DNA of 64,000 nt from Vicugna vicugna. Lineage: Eukaryota. The notes under the pieces were generated by a model. The model was not told where the DNA came from. It searched no databases and worked only from the letters and a program-made list of their open reading frames with translations. The stretch spans positions 62,001-126,000 of the forward strand of contig MU057744.1 of NCBI GenBank assembly GCA_013265495.1, given 5' to 3'. This document shows positions 50,955 to 62,957 of this stretch, in pieces. Numbering within the stretch: position 1 is the stretch's first letter; the number at the start of each line of letters is the position of its first letter. Both the position numbers and the translations under genes were made by a program.

Positions 50955-51500
50955 TTCTGTTACTTTTCTATTATCAAAATTTTCAAAGGCATGGAAAGAG
51001 TGAAAAAAATGCTGTAACAAACACCCCCATGTGCACTGCTTCAATTTCACAGTTGTTACATTTCCCCCACTTTGCTTCCTGTGTTTCTTTTCTGGCTCAA
51101 GTATTTTTAAAGTAAATAATAAACATCACAATGCTTCACCCCTAAAAATTAAATTTCATATATACTTATCTTTATATATTTTTGTTTATATAAAAACACA
51201 ATGGTTATCATAATACATAATTACAATTATATATTAAAACAGTGAATATGGTTAATATAATTTTCAACATTGTTGACTACCCAGTGCATATTCCAATTTC
51301 TCCAAAAAGTACAAAAATTTCTTTTAAAGCTTGAACAATCAAGGACTACACAATGTATTTGGTGTTTTAGCTCTTAAATGTATTTGTATCCAAATCAGTC
51401 CCCTATCTCACTCCCTCCCCCTTTCTAAAGATACTAACTTTTTGGAGGAAGCTGGTCCAGTACGATATCCCACCTCTGGTGTGTCTGACTGCTCCCTCCC
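50955..51500 (-). mobile_element. Ancient L1M (L1MC/L1ME-like) 3' fragment
   Basis: AT-rich reverse L1 3'UTR-like text (TATTATCAAAATTTTCAAAG...TAACAAACACCCCCATGT...TTCACCCCTAAA). Confidence 0.45.
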
Positions 51501-51619
51501 CCACGAAGCAGTTTGTTCTTTTAATTTCCTATTCAAGTTGGATGTCTAAGAAGGATAATGTGAAATAATAGCTATCATTTATCCATTTATTCAATTGCTA
51601 TTTGCCAATTGCTTCCCTC

Positions 51620-53360
51620 CTTCATTCACTCATTTGCCATTATTTATTGAGGACCAGTTGGGACCCGAGTTGAAGCCCTGGGGATACAGCAATGAACAAA
51701 ACGAGGGTTGAGGGGAACCCAGCCCTCAAGGAGCTTACAATTTTGTGGAGGAGATGGGCATGAAGCAGATAAATAAGAACAAAATATACAGTGTATCATA
51801 TGGACTCTGGGGAAAAGTTAAGTAGGGCAGGACCACAGTGATGGAGGACAGGGTGAGAGAGGATGGATTCTGGATACGCTGGGAAGGGAGGGCCAGCAGG
51901 ATTTCCTGACAGACCAGATTTCCTGTGAGGGGTGAGAGAAAAAGAGGGGTCAAGGATGGCGCTAGGATGTTTGGCCTGAGCATCTGGAAGGTGGAACCAT
52001 TAACAAGGATGGAGATGACCCCAGAAAGAACAGGCCTGGAAGGGAAGGTCAGAAGTTCAACCTGGACACATGCAGTGAGAGATCTCTGAGACAAGCAAGC
52101 ACAGATGTCCAGTAGGAAGCTGGGATTTTAGGGTTAAGTCCAAGCTCGTGATCTACTGAAGTGTTCAGAACAGTGTTTTCAGCCTTGCAACTGGATGAGA
52201 TCATGAAGGAGTGAGGAGAGCTAGAAAAGACATCCAAGGACCAAGCCCCGGAAACTGGGATGTGGCCAGTGCAGTAGAAGACTTACGAGAGTGTAGGGTC
52301 CCGAAGCCACGAGGACAAAGGGGTTCCAGGAGATTGTGTCAAACACTGCTGATGGCCACAGAAGAGAAAGACTGAGAACGAACACCAGAATTCAGCACAA
52401 GGTGGCCACTGGCTTCCTTGGCAAAAGTGGCCTCGATGAATGGGCCAGGACAAAAGTCTGATAGGGTGGATCACCATGGAATGGGAGAAGCAGAGGCAGT
52501 GAGTGTGGACAGCTCTTTAGAGATGGGTTTCTTTCTTTTTTTTATTAATGTATAGTCAGTTACAATGTGTCAATTTCTGGTGTACAGTACAATGTCCCAG
52601 TCATACATATATATATTCATTTTCATATTCTTTTTCATTATAGGTTATTAAAAGATATTGAATATGGTACCCTGTGCTATACAGAAGAAATCTGGGGTTT
52701 TAATATATTTTTATATATAGTGGCTAACATTTGCAAATCTCAAGCTCCCAAATTTATCCCTTCCCAACCCCTCTCTACTGGTAACCGTAAGATTGTTTAC
52801 TATGTCTGTAAGTCTGTTTCTGTTTCATAGATGAGTTCATTAGTGTCCTCTTTTTTTCCTTATTTAGATTTTTTAGATTCCACATATGAGTGATATCATA
52901 TGGTATTTTTCTTTCTCTTTCTGGCTTACTTCACTTAGAATGATGATCTCCATGTCCATCTGGGTTGCTGCAAATGGCATTATTTTATTTTTATGGCTGA
53001 GTAATATTCCATTGTATGAATATACAACTTCTTTATCCAATCATCTGTTGATGGACATTTAGGTTGCTTCCATGTAGAGATGGGTTTCTATAATACAAAT
53101 GTGAGGAGAGAAATGGGGCACGACCTGCAGGGGATGAAGAGTCAGGAGATTTTATAAGATGGGAAAAATTATACCATGTCTGTGCCAATCAAGTTCTCTG
53201 GTAGAGATGGGGAAACTGAGGATGCAGAAGGAAGAACTGCTGGCAATGTCCAGGAGTGGTTCAAAGGGCATGGAGATCAGAGAGAAGCGTGGACAGCTTA
53301 TCCACAGGAACAGCGGGAAAGGTAACCGCCTGGGCAGTAGACGGTATGTGTGGCTGGAGT
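51620..53360 (-). mobile_element. L2 LINE remnant interrupted by a young L1
   Basis: Starts TTCATTCACTCATT...TATTTATTGAG...GGGGATACAGCAATGAACAAAAC. The purine-rich L2 body continues after the L1 insertion. Confidence 0.7.
52533..53074 (-). mobile_element. Young L1 3' end with perfect 15-bp TSD
   Basis: TSD TAGAGATGGGTTTCT at 52518-52532 and 53075-53089, enclosing a reverse L1 3'UTR. Confidence 0.92.
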
Positions 53361-53511
53361 AGATCTTTTTGAGAAGATACTAGTGTCCTCTTTGGAAATG
53401 AGGCAACTGAGCCTCAAAGAAGTTAAAGTCCCTGGTAGGAGACAGATCTGGGACTCAAGCCCAGGTCTCTGATTCTAAAACCTATGTTTGTTTCCTGCAC
53501 AATAATTATAC

Positions 53512-54092
53512 TGAGGCAGGAAGCCCCATAAAAAGACAGGCAGGACCCTTTGGCAGGACCCCCAGGCAGGGCCGCTTCTCTCCTCCCAGCACCGGCTGGT
53601 TCCCTGGCCCAGAGGTTCTATCTCACTTTTTGCCTCTAAAGCGGCTAACTTACACCTAGAATTCTATTGGTTCCCTGAGCTCATGTCTGATTGGTTATTT
53701 CCTTCACTCCTGATTGGTTATTACTCTCACTTCTGATTGGTCCACTTCCCCAACTTCTGATTGGTCCATTTGTAGTACTTCATTTGCATGGAGCTCACTC
53801 CTGATTGGCTATTTCTCTCACTCCTGATTGGTCTATTTCTACAAAGCTTGTTCCTGGTTGGTCAACTTCTGTTATACATTATTTGCATATGATGTTGCAA
53901 AGTGTGAAACTGGCAGCCTATAAAAGGCCTGTGTAAACCTACAGCCTGGATCCGAAGCGTGAAGTGTTAACTTCTTTGGGTTTGCTGGGATAGTAAACCT
54001 GAGTTCTCCAACTCTGCCAGTGTTGCTTGGTATCTCCCGGATCCAGCTTGCTGTCACAACTGACCTGCAACACTGAACTGTTTTCCGCAACA
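53512..54092 (+). mobile_element. Solo ERV LTR with a tandem CCAAT-box array
   Basis: TG...CA termini with TSD ATAC at 53508-53511 and 54093-54096. Seven ATTGG boxes, two ATTTGCAT octamers and TATAAAA at 53919-53925. Confidence 0.88.
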
Positions 54093-54409
54093 ATACAGGC
54101 TTGGGAGGCTAAGGAGTGAAAGAAACTCTGCCTCATTATGTTGCTTTGAAGCACTCTAAATTAACCTGGAATCATGCCTCTTAATTGACGAGGTTGGCAG
54201 TCCCTCCGACTCTTTTTTTCAAATTACGTTCTCTCGTTTGGCATGTTCCCCTTAAAATTTTTAATTCGTGGGGACCTTGAAACAAGACTTGACAAAACGC
54301 CATGCCGCTACATTTTCCAGGATGAACTTTTTCCACCTGAATGTCCTAGCATTTTCGTTTTGCTATTAGTGATAGCTATTCATTACAGAATCGGATTTCT
54401 GTGCAAGGG

Positions 54410-54780
54410 TAGGCCGAGTGGCTGAGCACGGAGGCTCCGGGCGCTTTGCTCCAGGTCGCCGGCTAGCAGGTGTTAGGTACCCAGGGTCCGGAGCGCGGGG
54501 ACAGCGCGGGCTCCGGGCCCTCGGGCCGCGGCCACCAGATGGCGCCAGAGCTCCCCTCCGCGCCGCTTCCTACTCGCCGGCATCCTCGCCAGTTACGGTC
54601 CCGGCCGCACGGCTCACACTGGAGCATCGCTCCGCAGCCCTACGTCGCGCAGCAAGCGTTCGGCCTCGCGTCCGACGCCCCCCGCCGCCCTCGCGGTCCT
54701 CGCCCTGATTTGATGGAGCTCGTCTTCCTCCTGCTGATCCCCCGGGAGCGCCTGGGATCCGAGCCGCCCGGCAGTGCAGA
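54410..54780. promoter_or_regulatory. Orphan CpG island with a strong CTCF motif
   Basis: Very CG-dense. CCACCAGATGGCGC at 54532-54545 fits the CTCF core CCASYAGRKGGCRS. Confidence 0.7.
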
Positions 54781-55883
54781 AGCTGATGGGAGTTGGGAGA
54801 AGGCAGAAAGATGTTTTTGCAAAAATACCACTTGACACCTACTTTAGTTGTTTGCTTCTCAGGACGCCTGGCCCAGCGTCCTGTAACTCAGCTGCCTTGA
54901 GCCCTTTGGCACGGAGACCGAGTTCCCTGCGCACCAGCTGGTGGCGTCCCATCGTTTTCAGATGAGGCACACGTATACACGTAGCTCACCTGTTACTTCT
55001 TTTGGTCCATGATGACACGCCACTACCGCACAACACACGACCAGCTTACAGAGGCTTAAAATAGAAATCTGTAGCTGACAAATGCATCCTTGGGAAACTC
55101 GTGCCTCCGGCTCAGCAATTCAGGTGCAATAAATAACTCCATATGTGAACAGCAGTATCCGTAATTAAACCAAGCTTTGCAAATTGGTTAAGAGAGATGC
55201 TTTTTCTTGACTCGAGAGCTCAATCCTTTTAACTGTAGGTTATCTGTCGAATGCTTCTTGGCACGGAATGAACTACATGTGTTTCATCGTAAACTATTTT
55301 AAGAAAATCAGTAAACATCATTTATGATAGGAGTCTTCCAGGCATGCTGTGGTTCTAGGGTGATGTTGGCAAGGCTGGCTTAGCTGTTTCCTGGAATAAT
55401 TATCACGTATCTTAAGTCACTCGGAGGAAGAAGTTAATTTGTTTATCTCTGCTTTGGGAGAAGATAGCTGAGGGAAAAGAGTAATGTATAGTTGAGATGT
55501 AACCTTTACTGTGAGAGGTATTTCGTGTTGGTTAGTACCTGGAAACTACATCCTTTTCTTTTTTCTTTTCCTTTCTTTTTTTTTTTTTTGAGATGGGGCC
55601 AGCTGACAGGTTTTACTAATAACAGCCTTTTTTTGGTCATACTCCATAAATTTTTTTCATGGAATCTGTGTCTTTTTAATTAATTCATTTAGCTTTTATT
55701 GAGGTGCCCGTCTTGGGCAGAAACCATTCAAGGCACTGGAGATGAACAAAAATAGTTTTAAAAAAAAAGCACTGTCATCCGAAAGTTTACCTGCTACCAG
55801 AGGAAACCTCCGAGTAAGTTTTTAAACACACCCTGTGAAGACAGGCTATTTATTAACTTACTGTGCTCAAAGCATCATGACAT

Positions 55884-56018
55884 GGGAGGGGGACATATCT
55901 CAGTGGTAGAGCCAGCGCTTAGCATGCATGAGGTCCTGGGTTTAATCCCCAGTCCCTCCATTAAAAAACTTTTAATAAAAATAAATAAACCTAATTACTC
56001 CCCCCCGCAATTTTTTTT
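55884..56018 (+). mobile_element. tRNA-Ala-derived camelid SINE
   Basis: CTCAGTGGTAGAGCCAGCGCTTAGCATGCATGAGGTCCTGGGTTTAATCCCC. TSD AAGCATCATG at 55870-55879 and 56019-56028. Confidence 0.9.
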
Positions 56019-58344
56019 AAGCATCATGGTGTTGCATGACCATGGTTAAGATGGTTCCTGTACAAACCAGGAAGATGAGCTGGAGCTCACTTTCATCACG
56101 AATTCGGTGACTCAGAACCCACTCGCTTCACAGTCCCACGCCTCAGCACCCTCTGCTATCCCTCCTCCCTCACAGCTCTGAGACTCCGATGGTAAAACAG
56201 CTAGTGCTGTAAACACATTACACAAATGCAGGGTTTTTTTTTTTATGTTACAACACTTAGTATTTAAAGAGCGCGTAAGTTAACCTAAAAGGGGACACAT
56301 GATTACTGGTGATTCTTAAAATCAGTGTCCAAAGACCTGGAAGATTAGGCTAGAACTCTAACAGAAACTATCACTTACTCTCAGCTGTTGTTTATTTCTC
56401 CCAAGCAAAATCTTAGGAACGTAGAATGTTTTAAACATCTCTTGAAGGGATCAGTTGAGGCATGTAGTCAGCGCTGAAAAGGAATCCGTGCTTGTAAGTG
56501 TCCTAGCAGACAGCTTCCCTCAGAGAGCAGCCACAGGCAGATCTTTCTGCATAAAAGGACAGGCTCGCCCAAAGGCGTGGAGCAAAAACCAGCCTGGACA
56601 GCCCAAGCAGCACTGATTTGACCACGCTCAAGGCCACTTTGGATGAGGCCACACAGAGGTCAAGGGCCGGCCCAGGACTGTAGAACCTTTCGCGGGTGTG
56701 ATGAAAGGGAGAGGCACAGAGAAGCCACGAGGCCTATCCTGGAGGGAGATGCGCTCTCTCAGCTGCGGGAGGCCTGCAGTGCATCCCGGGTGCGAGGAAT
56801 CAGAGGAACTGAGTGACAGGCCCGCCCCCGGGAGACTCCTTCGCGTGTTCTGCTTCCCCACCTCCCCACGCATCCTGCCAGTTAACCGTGTCACCGCGAG
56901 GCTTCACGTGGAATGCTTTTTCCTTTTTCGTAGGAAACAGGTGGAATAAATCCTGTCAAACACAGCAAGGGCTGTGTGCTCTTTGGCAGGAGAGAAGTTA
57001 CATGTGGCAAAAGAAAGAACATGTACATTCTGCAAATTTCCGGTTCCAAGTCCTTCTGTATTTAGAAAGCATGCTGGCTGGCCATCTTGTGTTTCTACTG
57101 AAAGTCAAGAGAATGCATCCCTCACAGGCCCAAATGAAAGGACGACTATGGACCAACAATGTAAGGAAATTAAGCGTCAGAACACCCCCCACTTCCACCT
57201 CCTCCACGCCATGGAAGTTTGAGTGAGCCTCAGATAAATACCTGTATCCATTCTTGAAATCAGGGAGTCTTTGGGTCCAAGAGCATTAGGAAGAAATCTC
57301 AAGTTTAGCAGAGACCTGACAGCAGTAACAGAAACATCTGAATTTTGCTTGGTATCATCTTTGAATCAAATAAAGGGGCAGGAAAAAGATTTTGGCTCAC
57401 TTGTCATCTCATCCTGAAACTTCTGTCTCTGTTTAATTAAAAGAGTCAATGCAAAGCTTCGCCTAGAAAGGAGAGTCATCTCCTGCTAAAATACTTTAAT
57501 TCATGTCAAATTGAGAACACGGTCCATTCTCCATGATTGCAGTTCAATAACTATTTATCATCTGCCTATTGACAAGCCAGAGTGGACACTCAGGATCTGA
57601 AAAATAGTAATAGTGATAATAGATCTAGCTCTGGTGTCAAGAAATTCACCGCTTATGAGGGAAGAAAGCACGTAAGCAAATGACTGCAATACATCACTTC
57701 ACGTTTTCTCCACTTTATTGATGAGGACCCGAGGCTCTGAAAGTATTTCTAAGTAATGAAGTCCCCAAGAAATTAAATTACCTAAGATCACACAGCCAGT
57801 ACATGACAAACCACAGTGTCCGTGACTGAGACTACAGTCACTCCTCTGTTACTATAATTAGTAGGAGTATTTGAATTGAGCTGGCTGAATGTCTAATTGT
57901 GACACCCAGGAAGTTAAAGAAAATTTGGAAAGTCCTGTCTTTTGTCATCAAACACTGAGTGAGGACATGGTCATTTTAGCTAGCATCTTTTCCTGAATAT
58001 AAAGTGAATTTCAAAATGAGTCATCTGTGAAAGCAGATTAGATTCCAAGTCTTCAGGGTTCTGTAGGAGATGCTACCCTGAATGCTGTGTAAAGTTCTTC
58101 TCACTCAAGGGAAAAGTGAAAAACAAGACAATAGAGAACAAGGCTGCCCTTTCAAAGGAACTGGGCAGAGTATAGACTGTCCCAGAATAGCAGATTTAAG
58201 TGGTAACTACACAAAGTTCACCCCACATTTGACATGCTTGCAACAAATGAATAGTTTTGAATGACCCTAAGTAGTTTTTTTTTTAATTTTGTAAATGCTA
58301 CTTCAATGACTGCCGGACTTGCTTAAAAAAAATTGGGCATTTGT

Positions 58345-59465
58345 TAAGCCAAACTGAAAAGCTTCTGCATAGAACAGGAAACTATCAACAAAATGAAAAG
58401 GCAGCCAATGGAATGGGAGAAAATATGTGCAAACCATGTATCTGATAAGGGGTTAACACCCCCCAAATATAAGGAACTCATACAACTCAATTCCAAAATA
58501 CTAATAATAACCCCTTGTAAAAATGGGCAAAGGGCTTGAATGTTTTCCATAGACAATAAGTGGCCAAGAAGGTGCTCAGTATCACTAATCATCTGGGAAA
58601 CGTGAATCAAAGCCACAATGAAATGTCAGCTCACACTGTTAGAATGGCTGTTACCAAGAAGAGATAACAAGTGTTGGTGAGTACGTGGAGGAAAGGGAAG
58701 TTGTGCATTGTTGGTGGGAATGGAAGTCAGTGCAGCCACTATGGAGGACAGTATGGAGATGCCTCCAAGGTTAAAAATCTAACTTCTATGTGATCAGGCA
58801 ATCCCACTGCTGGGTATATGTCCAGAGGAAATGAAATTGCTGTCTCAAAGAGGTATCTACACTCTCATGTTCACTGCAGCATTATTCTCAAGAGCCAAGA
58901 TACAGGAATAACCAGTGTCCATCATTGGATGAATGGATAAATGCAATACACACACGCACAGAAGGAAACAGTCACCTTTAAAAAGGAAATTCTGTCATTT
59001 CCGACAGTGTAGATGGCCTTGGAAGCCATTGTGCTAACTGAAAGAAGCCAGACACAGAAAAACAAATTTAAATTTGCATGATCTTACTTATACATGGAAT
59101 CTGAAAAAAAAACCCAACTCATAGAAATAGACAGCAGGATGATATTTACTAGGGGCTGGGGGATAAAGGGAAAAGGGGGTATGCTGGTCAAAAGGTACAA
59201 ACTTTCAGTTATAAGATGCATAATTTCCAGAGACCTACGGTACAGCATTGTTACTGCAGTTAATAGTGTATCTTTTACTTGAAATTTGCAGAGGTAGATT
59301 TAAGGATTCTCACCACACTCAAGAAAAGGGAACTATGGGAGGTGATGGATATGGTAACTAGCTTGATTGTAATTATTTCACAATGTCTACACCCAACATT
59401 ACAATGTACCTCTTAAATATATACAACTTTTATTTGTAAATCACACCTCAGTAAAGCTGGGGGGG
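58345..59465 (+). mobile_element. Older L1 (L1MA9/L1MB-like) ORF2 end and 3'UTR
   Basis: AAACTGAAAAGCTTCTGCATAG...GAATGGGAGAAAATATGTGCAAACCATGTATCTGATAAGGGG...AAAGGTACAAACTTTCAGTTATAAGATG...CACCTCAGTAAAGCTGGG. Confidence 0.9.
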
Positions 59466-60219
59466 TGGATTCCTGCATCTTCCACTTACCCTGCAACAAC
59501 ACTAGGCAGGTTTCTTAAGCTATAAGAGGGGAACCACCACCTGGTAAGACAGTAAGGAGTTAAAACCTCAATGAGTTAAAACATTCTAGAGCTCAGAAGG
59601 TGTGGCTGTCATCGCTGACCTGTGCCTGAGCTGCCAGTGCAGAGGTGGAAGGAGTGATCCTGGTTTGGAGATCCTCCTTCTAACCTTAAAGGTCTTCTTG
59701 AGGAGTTGACAAATGCCACTGTTTCTTAAGCTAATTGGAACTGGGTTTCTAGAGTCCTAACTAATACAGGGAAGCTTTTGAAAACCACTGCAGGCACTAC
59801 AGGAGTGGGATATTGATATAATTGGTCTATAAAAGAATCAGTCTCAGACAACCTCAAAGTCGTCCTCTTCCAACGGTGAGGAGGGGAGCAACCACATGTA
59901 CAATGCAAATACTTTCTGGGGGTCACTGAATAAATATGTTCAGCCTCTCTGGGGACTGATCTTGGGTGTTCCTCTGGGTAAACTAAGAAGGTTCTGGTTG
60001 TTGAACTTCAAAGATGTCTGCTCTCCCAAGAAACAAACTGGAAGGCCAGCTCAGTTCAGGTCCTCAGCTTCCTTATACAAAAAGCAAAAGGCAAGGCTCT
60101 CTGGATTTTGAGGGTCTGAGTGAAGTTCCAGTAGGTCTAGCTGTTCTCCCTGAATGTGCAGACCACACGCGGGCCCACAACACACCAAGACACAAGCTGG
60201 TCACCAGGCACCACTGCCC

Positions 60220-60467
60220 TTTTTTTTTAACATTTTATTTTTTAATATTTTATTTATTTATTATTGTATTATTTAATTATTCCGCCTTTTTAACATTTTG
60301 TTTTTATATTTTATTTATTTATTATTGTAGTATTTAATGATTTTATTTTGGCAGGGATAGAGGAGGTAATTAGGCTTATTTATTTTTAGAAGAGAGTCTG
60401 GGGACTGAACCCAGGATCTCATGTCTGCTAAGCATGGGGCTCTACCACCAAGCCACACCCTGCCCCC
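60220..60467 (-). mobile_element. Camelid SINE with a long, internally duplicated AT tail
   Basis: Reverse head GGGACTGAACCCAGGATCTCATGTCTGCTAAGCATG...CTACCAC. TSD CCACTGCC at 60211-60218 and 60467-60474. Confidence 0.85.
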
Positions 60468-60584
60468 CACTGCCTTTTTGAGATCAACTTCCAACTTAAC
60501 CACAGCCTCTCTGCTCCATCTCTCCCCACCATTCCCCACTCACTTCTTTGTCAATATTACATCAAAGTACTTGGCTCCCTATTT

Positions 60585-60669
60585 CTATGAGGTCCTCAGT
60601 TCGATTCCCAGGACCGCCATTAAAAAATAAATAAATAAACCTAATTACCGCCCCCACCCTTGCCAAAAA
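60585..60669 (+). mobile_element. 5'-truncated camelid SINE
   Basis: ATGAGGTCCTCAGTTCGATTCCCAGGACCGCCATTAAAAAATAAATAAATAAACCTAATTACCGCCCCC. Confidence 0.8.
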
Positions 60670-60984
60670 GTTCTTAGAAAGCAGGAAGTTTCACTTTTTG
60701 GGACAGGAAGATTCCATGTATATATGTGGGGTATAAGGATATAAGGAAAAGCTTTTTGTGCTCTTTTGTTATGTACAACTCTCTGATCTCAGTCACCGAC
60801 TTTGCTTTGGTACGAATGCACCTTCCACCCCACCCCAGTCCAGGCAATGCATATATACCCTTGATCTAACTTCCAGTCTTCCATAGGGTCTCAGGTCCAT
60901 TATCACTTAAGCAGAAGGGCTTTCCCAGGTTCCTGGACTAGGTTAGGGCCTCCAGCTAAATGTTCCCATAAGTACCCTCACAAT

Positions 60985-61580
60985 AACTTCTAACATCAAC
61001 TATCCCAGAGTACAGTCAAGTTTCATAGGTTAAGGGGATAGTCCCCTTCAAGACTTTACTCATTTCCTACACCAGTCGCAAATTTGGAGGGGGTGGGGTC
61101 TCCAGGCCACTCTTCTGACCAGCCAACTCCTAATCAGGAGCTTTCCAATACCCTCTCAGGTTCAATAATTCCCTAAAAGGACTCAGAACTCAAGAGCCTG
61201 CTCTACTTATGATTACAGTTTTATTATAGCCAAAGGATATGAATCAAAACCAGCCAAAGTCTAGGCAAGTCCCAAATTCGAAGCTCCTGTTGTTCCCTCC
61301 CAATGGGGACAGAACACCTTACCCTCCTAGCCCTCACGGCACATTGATGTGTAACGACACAGAGTATTGCCAGCCTGGGAAGCACACATGCTTCCGTGTC
61401 CAGAGCTTTCATTTGGGTTTCACTATGCTGGTCCTGAAGTTAAACTCAGTCCCCAGCCTCCCTCCTGTCTTCCCCCCATAAAGAGGGCTGCCAGCACCTG
61501 GATCAAGGTCCCAGCCCTGTAATCCCATGGTTGGTCTTTCTGGTCTGGCCAGCCCCCACCAGGAACCATCCTCAGCATAG
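60985..61580 (-). mobile_element. MER21-family LTR fragment
   Basis: ATAGGTTAAGGGG...CCCTCTCAGGTTCAATAATT...TACTTATGATTACAGTTTTATTATAGCCAAAGGATA...TGGTCTTTCTGGTCTGGCCAGCCCC. Opposite orientation to the 733-1555 copy. Confidence 0.65.
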
Positions 61581-62257
61581 ACAGCCCGGACCCACACGAG
61601 TCCCACATTCCTGCCACCCCAAGAGTTTAGGAAGCTCCCTCCAACGTCTTTTTCAACTTAAGGTGCATACACGGTGTTTTCAGTGGCTGACAACTCAACG
61701 CTTCCTATTTTTTCCCCTTCTATCTCTCTCGCTCGTTGCACTATTCCAGGAACGGCTCCATTTAATTCTCTCCCACTCCTGAGACTACACGGTAACATTC
61801 TTTTGGAATCGAATCACTAGATTTTGGTGCTTGTTGCACAGTGAACTGTGACTAAATCTGAAAAGCAAATTAAATTCAAACAAGACTCATAGGTTGCCTG
61901 GATTATATAAGAATAAGACAAAGCACTTGTCGTCAACGACCTTCCGGCTTTGACACGAGCAAGGAAGTCAGCGACACGTCTTTGGAGCATGCGCACGACG
62001 GCCGCGCACCGCCCTCGTGACGTCACGCCCCGCGGCTTCTAAGGAAGCGCGCACTCTCGCGCCAACTCCCGACACCAACGCGAACGGCGGCAGGAGGCGC
62101 CTCGGGGACGACGCCTAGGCCCCCGCGCAGGCGCAGAAGCGACGCGGGCGCCTCTGCTCAGGCACTGCCGCGGACGTCCCCGAGGGCCTCGGCAGCTGGA
62201 GCCGGAAGTGACGCGCGCTCCCTCTTTCCGCGTTCCTCGCGGCGGGCGACGGATTGA

Positions 62258-62677
<420 letters not shown>

Positions 62678-62822
62678 TAGGGTGGGGGTTGGGACTCTGT
62701 TTTTTTATCTTTCTAAACCTCTGTTCCTGATGGCGGAAGTCGCGTTTTGGGGCGTATTTCATGAATTTGTGCCGGAGACTAAAGTCGCATCCCCAACGCC
62801 GCATCGTTCTCAACCAGTAGGG

Positions 62823-62957
62823 TTGCATTCTTAAACCCTCTTGGTAGCGTCGCCCTAAACGCTTCCAGGATATGAGTGAATGCTACAGAAACTGCAGGGG
62901 AGTCCAAAGGGCTGCGCGTCTCATGTGGCTCAGTCTTATTTCATACCTGCGACATCT
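62823..62957 (+). ncRNA. SNORA14B: H/ACA snoRNA SNORA14 (ACA14; SNORA14B ortholog) in TOMM20 intron 1
   Basis: Hairpin 1 TGCATTC/GAATGC; H box ACAGAA at 62885-62890; hairpin 2 TGCAGG/CCTGCG; ACA at 62952-62954 plus 3 nt. Matches my recollection of human SNORA14, which is hosted by TOMM20. Confidence 0.93.

Noticed and set aside
39794..54092. Three LTRs as the ends of a provirus
   Set aside because: They are mutually dissimilar, each has its own TSD, and no gag/pol/env lies between them, so they are independent solo LTRs.
4505..60669. Multiple tRNA-Ala(AGC)-like sequences as tRNA genes
   Set aside because: They have extended 5' G-rich heads, AT-rich tails, TSDs and stem-breaking mutations, so they are SINE copies rather than functional tRNAs.
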